Assembly: GCA_040756355.1 (NCBI GenBank)
Contig: JBFLZK010000020.1
Coordinates: 73,379 to 137,378, forward strand
From: Pseudomonadota bacterium
GTDB taxonomy: Bacteria; Pseudomonadota; Gammaproteobacteria; Halothiobacillales; Halothiobacillaceae
Direction of reading: 5' to 3'
Length of the DNA stretch: 64,000 nucleotides
Part shown: piece after piece, positions 58,426 to 64,000 of the stretch
How the letters are laid out: the number at the start of each line of letters is the position of its first letter
Position numbering within the stretch: position 1 is the first letter of the stretch
Position numbers and translations under genes: made by a program
Notes under the pieces: model-generated
Told to the model about the DNA's origin: nothing
The model's input: the letters and a program-made list of their open reading frames with translations, nothing else
Database searches by the model: none

Positions 58426-60048
58426 ATGCATCCCATCGCTTTGCATGACCTTTTGAAGTTCCAATCCGAACACCGCCCAGAAGCCCTCGCGCTGCTGGGC
58501 GCGGATGGTGCGGGCCTGGATTACGGCTCGCTCGCGGCACATGTCGAACGTCTGGCGCGTGGCTTGCTTGCGCTCGGTCTTGCGCCTGGCGAACGTGTGG
58601 CGACATGGCTGCCCAAGCGCGTGGACGCAGTGACCGCCCTGTTCGCCATCAGCGCGGCGGGCGGAGCGCTGACACCCATCAATCCGCTGCTGAAACCCGC
58701 CCAGAGCGGACACATTCTCGCGGACAGCGGGGCGCGCGTGCTCATCACCCAGCGCGTCCGGCTCGAAAGCCTGCGCGAGATTCTGTCGCTCCTGCATAAT
58801 CTGCGCTGGGTCATTCTGGTGGACGAGTCTCAGGGTCAGGCGCAGAGCGAAGCGACGGACAACGCCGCGCCATTTCCCGTTCACATCCTGTCCGCGCGCG
58901 AAGTCGAAAGCATGGGCGAGGCGGCGCGCGCCCTGCCCGCCCTTACCGAACAGGACCTCGCCGCCCTGCTCTACACTTCCGGCAGCACCGGCCAGCCCAA
59001 GGGGGTTGCGCTGACGCATCGCAACCTTCTGGCAGGAGCCGCGAGCGTGGCCGACTATCTGGATATACGCCCCGAAGATCGAGTGCTGGCAGCCCTTCCC
59101 TTCAGCTTCGATTACGGGCTCTCCCAGCTCACCGTAGCCTTCCAGCGCGGGGCCAGCGTACTGCCGCTGGATTACCTCCTGCCGCGCGATCTGCACAAGG
59201 CCGTCACCCTGCACGGCATCAGCGTGCTGGCAGGTGTGCCCACGCTCTGGCAACAACTGGCGACACAGGACTGGCTGGGCGAGTTATGCAGCCTTCGCGT
59301 GCTGACCAATTCCGGCGGGCGCATGCCACGCCCGGTCATCGCCCGCCTTCGCGCCGCCCTCCCTCAGGCCCGCCTTTATCTGATGTACGGCCTGACGGAG
59401 GCCTTTCGCTCCACCTGGCTGCCGCCCGAGGAGCTGGACCGCCGCCCGGATTCCATCGGCAAGGCGATCCCGAACGCGGAAGTCATGGTCTTGCGCCCGG
59501 ACGGCACGCCCTGCGCACCGCACGAACCGGGCGAACTGGTCCATCGCGGACCGACCGTGGCGCTGGGTTACTGGAACGACCCGGAACGCACCGCCGAACG
59601 CTACCGCTCCATTCCGCACCGGATGGACGGTCGCCCGCATCCCGAACTGGCAGTCTGGTCCGGCGACCGCGTGCGCATGGACGAAGAAGGTTTCATCTAT
59701 TTCATCGGTCGCGATGATGACATGCTCAAGACCTCCGGCTACCGCATCAGCCCGACCGAAATCGAGGACGTGCTGTACGCCTCCGGCATGGTGCGCGAGG
59801 CTGCCGCCGTCGGGCTTGAGGACGAGGCGCTGGGACAGCGCATCATCGCCGTCGTCACGCCGGAACACGCTGATCTGGACACACAAGCCCTGCTCAACCA
59901 CTGCCGGGTGAACATGCCGCTCTACATGACGCCGCATCGCATCGAACTGCGCACCACCCTGCCCCTCACTCCGAACGGCAAGATTGATCGACGCGCATTA
60001 CGCGACGAGTTGACCGCGGCGGCCTCATCCTCGCTGGAGCCTGTATGA
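58426..60048 (+). CDS. AMP-forming acyl-CoA ligase, exosortase A-associated type
   Basis: LLYTSGSTGQPKG, LPFSFDYGLSQL, MYGLTEAFRST, AVWSGD, KTSGYRISPTEIE, NGKIDR; paired with the downstream decarboxylase. Confidence 0.85.
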   Translation: MHPIALHDLLKFQSEHRPEALALLGADGAGLDYGSLAAHVERLARGLLALGLAPGERVATWLPKRVDAVTALFAISAAGGALTPINPLLKPAQSGHILADSGARVLITQRVRLESLREILSLLHNLRWVILVDESQGQAQSEATDNAAPFPVHILSAREVESMGEAARALPALTEQDLAALLYTSGSTGQPKGVALTHRNLLAGAASVADYLDIRPEDRVLAALPFSFDYGLSQLTVAFQRGASVLPLDYLLPRDLHKAVTLHGISVLAGVPTLWQQLATQDWLGELCSLRVLTNSGGRMPRPVIARLRAALPQARLYLMYGLTEAFRSTWLPPEELDRRPDSIGKAIPNAEVMVLRPDGTPCAPHEPGELVHRGPTVALGYWNDPERTAERYRSIPHRMDGRPHPELAVWSGDRVRMDEEGFIYFIGRDDDMLKTSGYRISPTEIEDVLYASGMVREAAAVGLEDEALGQRIIAVVTPEHADLDTQALLNHCRVNMPLYMTPHRIELRTTLPLTPNGKIDRRALRDELTAAASSSLEPV

Positions 60049-60175
60049 AACATATCGAGGCTGATTCCCCCTCTGCCTTCAGGGGGCGCCCGACGGCCAT
60101 GCCCTGTAAGGGCTTCCGCCATGAATGCCGCAGGAGTCGGGGGAAAGGGGTCAGGGGCGGGGCGAAAGGAAAATC

Positions 60176-61399
60176 ATGACCACGTCCCACGCACCTCTCC
60201 TGTTCAAAGTGCTCCACGGTGAATTGCTGATTGGCGGCGAGCCCGTTTCCGCTTTGGCTGAGCGCCTCGGCACACCGTTCTACGCCTATGACGCCAACCT
60301 GATCCGTCAACGAGTGGCTGACCTTCGCACCGTTCTGCCTGCAACGGTGCAACTGCATTACGCTATCAAGGCCAACCCCTTCCCGCCCTTGCTAAAACTG
60401 ATGAGCGGACTGGCCGATGGCTGCGACGTCGCCTCGGCGGGCGAACTTGAGAAAGCGCTGGCAGCCAGTTTCAAGCCCCACAGCATCAGCTTTGCCGGGC
60501 CTGGCAAACGCGATGCCGAACTCGAAGCCGCCCTACGCGCGGGCATCACAGTCAATGTCGAATCAAAAGGCGAGCTGTACCGGCTTATCGATTCTGGCGA
60601 ACAGACCGGCATTCGCCCGAAAGTCGCCTTGCGCATCAATCCTGATTTCGAGCTGAAAGGCTCCGGCATGCGCATGGGCGGTGGCGCAAAGCCTTTTGGC
60701 ATCGACGCGGAAATTGCCCCGGAAATAATCCATGAAATCAAAGTTCTGGACATTGAATTTCATGGTTTGCATATCTTCACGGGATCACAAAGCCTGAACG
60801 AAGATGCCATCATGCAGGCGCAGTCGGGCGCACTGCTGCTTGCAAGGCTTCTGCTTGAAGAGACTGGCCTGCCGCTCCAGTACGTCAATATCGGCGGAGG
60901 CCTTGGCATACCCTATTTCCCCGGCGAGCAACGGCTCGATCCCTGCGCCATTGGAGCGCATCTTCATGAATTGCTTGAAGAGCACGCCGGCTGGCTGGGC
61001 GACGCGCATGTGATTCTCGAACTGGGCCGCTACCTGGTCGGGGAGTCGGGCGTTTACATCACGCGTGTAGTGGACCGCAAGGCCTCGCGTGGCGAGACCT
61101 TCCTGATCTGCGACGGCGGCATGCATCATCACCTCGCCCTGTCTGGCAACCTGGGCCAGGTCATCCGAAAAAATTATCCGGTTTACCTGGCCCGGCGCGT
61201 CGATGCGCCGGAGGACGAAATCGTGAACATCCACGGTCCGCTCTGCACTCCGCTGGATGTTCTGGGCCACAAGCTTGCCCTGCCGCGCGCCGAGGTTGGC
61301 GAACTCATTGCCATCACCCAGTCCGGCGCCTACGGCCTGAGCGCCAGTCCCGTCCGTTTCCTGGGACATCCGGAAGCGATGGAAGCCCTGCTTGGTTGA
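60176..61399 (+). CDS. PLP-dependent decarboxylase (LysA-like fold), exosortase A-associated type
   Basis: YAIKANP, DVASAGE, GSGMRMGGGAKPFG, ELGRYLVGE, GNLGQVIRKNYP, GPLCTPLD, FLGHP; ATG 60176 with AAGGA upstream. Confidence 0.85.
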   Translation: MTTSHAPLLFKVLHGELLIGGEPVSALAERLGTPFYAYDANLIRQRVADLRTVLPATVQLHYAIKANPFPPLLKLMSGLADGCDVASAGELEKALAASFKPHSISFAGPGKRDAELEAALRAGITVNVESKGELYRLIDSGEQTGIRPKVALRINPDFELKGSGMRMGGGAKPFGIDAEIAPEIIHEIKVLDIEFHGLHIFTGSQSLNEDAIMQAQSGALLLARLLLEETGLPLQYVNIGGGLGIPYFPGEQRLDPCAIGAHLHELLEEHAGWLGDAHVILELGRYLVGESGVYITRVVDRKASRGETFLICDGGMHHHLALSGNLGQVIRKNYPVYLARRVDAPEDEIVNIHGPLCTPLDVLGHKLALPRAEVGELIAITQSGAYGLSASPVRFLGHPEAMEALLG

Positions 61400-62842
61400 G
61401 TGCCTGCTGAACTACACTCGAAGGAAAATGGCGGGGGATTCAATGTGGTCCTGAAAACGGGTTTCCGGGGCGGTTTGCTGCTTGCCGCATGCGCCTATTT
61501 CGTGGCCGCCAAATTCGGCATGGCACTCTTCGCCATGTATCCAGGCAATATCACCCTGCTCTGGCTGCCCTCGGGAATCGGACTTGTGATGGTCGTCATG
61601 GGCGGACTGCGTGCGCTTCCCCTGATCTTTGCCGCCAGTTTCGCGGCCAACTTCCCCGGCATGGCCCTGCCCCAGCTTGCCGTGCAGATGATCCATGTCG
61701 CCGTGGCTGCCGGTGCGGACACCCTCGCGCCCTGGGTCGGGGCCTACATGCTGCATCGCCGCCTTCCGCAAAGCCTGCAAGGCTTGCATGACCTGTTCAA
61801 TTTCGCGCTTTACGTCGGCCTGTTGCCCACACTGCTGTCCGCCCTCATCCTGAGCCTCAACCTCGTCATTGGCGGCTATATCCAGGCCAGCGCCTTCATC
61901 GATTACATCGTGATGCTGGTGCTCGCCGATGGACTGGGCATCCTTGCGATCTACCCCTTGTACATGGCCTGGAAAAGCGCGCCCATCCCCTCCCCGCGCG
62001 AATTCGCCGCCTTCGGACTGTCATCCGCGGCCATCCTGCTGTTTGCCCTGCTGGCCTTCGGGCAGGCTCCCTTCCTTATCTTCTTCATCCTGCCCGTGTT
62101 GCTCCACCTTGCCTTCACACGCCCACCCCTGATCGTCACGCTCAGCCTGGCCTCAACGGTCATGCTCTTGGCTGGCCTGTCCTCGTTCGGCCCGGGGCCG
62201 TTCAGCGCCGAAGGCGGGGTGAACGGCGACACGATGCTGATCGCTTACCTCTACGTCACCACCTTGATCGTTCTGGGCGTTCTGCTCCAGCACCGCGAGC
62301 TGGTGTCGGAACGTGACCGGGCCGAGGCCTGGCGTGACAAAGCGGGGCGCGACCCCCTCACCGGCCTCATCAACCGCCTGTTCCTCTACCCCATGATCGA
62401 GAACGAATTCGAACGCGCCAGCCGGAACGAGGATGGCTACGCCTTCGCGCTGGCCATGGTGGATATCGACCATTTCAAACGTGTCAACGACCGCTACGGG
62501 CATGTGGTGGGCGATGAGGTGCTGCGCGCGGTCGCCGAGCGTATCAACGCCAATCTGCGTGGCCTGGACGTGGCGGCGCGTTACGGCGGCGAGGAATTCG
62601 CCATCCTTTTCCCCAACAGTTCAAAGTCCGAAGCCACGCAGGCCCTGGAGCGCCTGCGCATCGGCATGGAAAGCGCGCCGATCATAGTGGAAGGCCAACC
62701 GCCCATCCCCATCACGATCAGCGCCGGTCTGGCCGCTTTTGGCCCAGGCGAACCGCCATGCACGGCGGATGAGCTGATCACCCGCGCCGACCAGCGGCTT
62801 TATATCTCCAAGCGCGACGGGCGCAATCGCATCACGGTCTGA
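61400..62842 (+). CDS. MASE1-GGDEF membrane diguanylate cyclase
   Basis: LLWLPSGIG MASE1-like TM region; DPLTG, DIDHFKRVNDRYGH, RGLD I-site, GGEEF. Confidence 0.87.
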   Translation: MPAELHSKENGGGFNVVLKTGFRGGLLLAACAYFVAAKFGMALFAMYPGNITLLWLPSGIGLVMVVMGGLRALPLIFAASFAANFPGMALPQLAVQMIHVAVAAGADTLAPWVGAYMLHRRLPQSLQGLHDLFNFALYVGLLPTLLSALILSLNLVIGGYIQASAFIDYIVMLVLADGLGILAIYPLYMAWKSAPIPSPREFAAFGLSSAAILLFALLAFGQAPFLIFFILPVLLHLAFTRPPLIVTLSLASTVMLLAGLSSFGPGPFSAEGGVNGDTMLIAYLYVTTLIVLGVLLQHRELVSERDRAEAWRDKAGRDPLTGLINRLFLYPMIENEFERASRNEDGYAFALAMVDIDHFKRVNDRYGHVVGDEVLRAVAERINANLRGLDVAARYGGEEFAILFPNSSKSEATQALERLRIGMESAPIIVEGQPPIPITISAGLAAFGPGEPPCTADELITRADQRLYISKRDGRNRITV

Positions 62843-64000
62843 ACGCCCCGGAACGACGGGCGCGGATCAGCACATTGCGCGGCGTCAGCCCGCACCCGCA
62901 AAACTCGCCCACCTCGACCGTGAAGCCCGCCTCTTCAAGCCCCGCCGCCATATCCAGCACTAACCACACCTCCAGCGGACGGCGAATGGCCGCGCGAATC
63001 AACTCAAGGGCGCGCACATCAAAGGCGCGGCGCTCGCCATAGCGAATCGACTCCGCGATCGCATTCGCATCCGGCAATGGCCATCCCAGCCGGATGCAAG
63101 CGCGTGAAAAGGCCGCCGCGTCATCACCGCGCCCCACATCACGCAGCCGATCATAATCCGCCAAAATCAGCCCATGCCGCACACCAAAGGCCCGCAAGCC
63201 GAGCAGACGCACCTTGCGACGCCTATCCGCTTCACGCTGCGCATGGCCCGCAGTGGCCGTTTCCAGCACCGCCAGACGCAAATCATCACGACTCAAACCC
63301 AACCCGCACGCCCGCCCGGCGCTGGAGCGCGGCAGGTAAACCTCATGCGCGGTGCGGTGATAACAACACGGCGCAAGCACCATGCCCACCGGCATCCCCG
63401 CCGACGCCCCGGTCTGCGCCCGATCAAGCAAGGCACGATGCAAATCGCCGCAAGCGTGCAGGGCACAGGCCAGCGTCCCCGGCCCGAGCACAAAGGAATG
63501 CGGCAAGGTCAGCACATCGCACACCTTCGCACGCAGCGCCACCTTATCCCGCGCCGCCAACCGCTCCGCCTCCGCGCACAACACGGCATCCCGCTCCAGC
63601 GCCAGCACCGGCAAACCGCTATGCAGCCCCAGCGCCCGCCCCAGATGCGCCTTGCCCGCGCACCAGTCCAACACCTCGCACGCCTCCCCCCACAGAGGCA
63701 AGGCATGCGCGGCGAACGCCTCCACCTGCGCCCACTTGCGCCCCGGCACATCCCGCCCAGGATCATGAAACCCTGCGTCATGCAGCCCGGAATCATGCAG
63801 CCCAGCCCCAAGTTCAGGCGGCACCCCCTCCGCCGACAACGCCCCAAGCCGCGCCAACTCATCCAGCGCCGCCATTCCCGGCAACCAGGGTTCCAGCCAA
63901 AGCCGCAAGGCCGAAGCATCCGCATGCAGCGCCTCCACCTGATCGCGGGACAACGCCAGCAAGGCCGCATGCAAGGCGGGAAAATCCCCCGCCCAAGGCA
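62832..64000 (-). CDS. SAM-dependent methyltransferase family protein, 5'-truncated by window edge
   Basis: VPGRKWAQV, VLDWCAGKAHLGR, ALHACGDLH, LAPCCYH, TPRN. Confidence 0.8.
   Translation of the reverse strand, partial: PWAGDFPALHAALLALSRDQVEALHADASALRLWLEPWLPGMAALDELARLGALSAEGVPPELGAGLHDSGLHDAGFHDPGRDVPGRKWAQVEAFAAHALPLWGEACEVLDWCAGKAHLGRALGLHSGLPVLALERDAVLCAEAERLAARDKVALRAKVCDVLTLPHSFVLGPGTLACALHACGDLHRALLDRAQTGASAGMPVGMVLAPCCYHRTAHEVYLPRSSAGRACGLGLSRDDLRLAVLETATAGHAQREADRRRKVRLLGLRAFGVRHGLILADYDRLRDVGRGDDAAAFSRACIRLGWPLPDANAIAESIRYGERRAFDVRALELIRAAIRRPLEVWLVLDMAAGLEEAGFTVEVGEFCGCGLTPRNVLIRARRSGAFRP

Noticed and set aside
58426-60048. Stand-alone NRPS A domain belonging to the BGC
   Set aside because: 30 kb away, with signature motifs of the exosortase-associated ligase family and its usual decarboxylase partner.

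Overview
GC-rich gammaproteobacterial chromosome segment spanning the replication terminus. A dif site lies at 38175-38202, KOPS octamers flip orientation across it, and the flanking housekeeping operons converge on it. The left ~28.5 kb is a minus-strand hybrid NRPS/PKS cluster that runs off the window: ABC ATPase, FtsX-type permease, LolA-like protein, putative outer-membrane protein, NRPS1 (C remnant-A[Thr]-T-C-A[Ala]-T), NRPS2 (Cy-A[Cys, Ox-interrupted]-T), PKS (KS-AT-KR/DH-ACP-dead E) and NRPS3 (<1-7503, absent from the ORF track, translated by hand). The most striking observation is in NRPS3: an adenylation domain is interrupted between motifs A8 and A9 by a second, essentially complete adenylation domain, and the two share one carrier domain. 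The rest is mostly housekeeping (ycfD, dnaE, accA, tilS, pnp, rpsO, truB, rbfA, infB, nusA, rimP, pgsA, uvrC, CYTH, fabH, plsX, rpmF, yceD, maf, MFS, aroC). It also holds a filamentous-phage-like HTH remnant beside dif, short MITE-like intergenic repeats, and an exosortase-associated ligase/decarboxylase pair flanked by two diguanylate cyclases. All calls come from motif reading only; no database searches were run.
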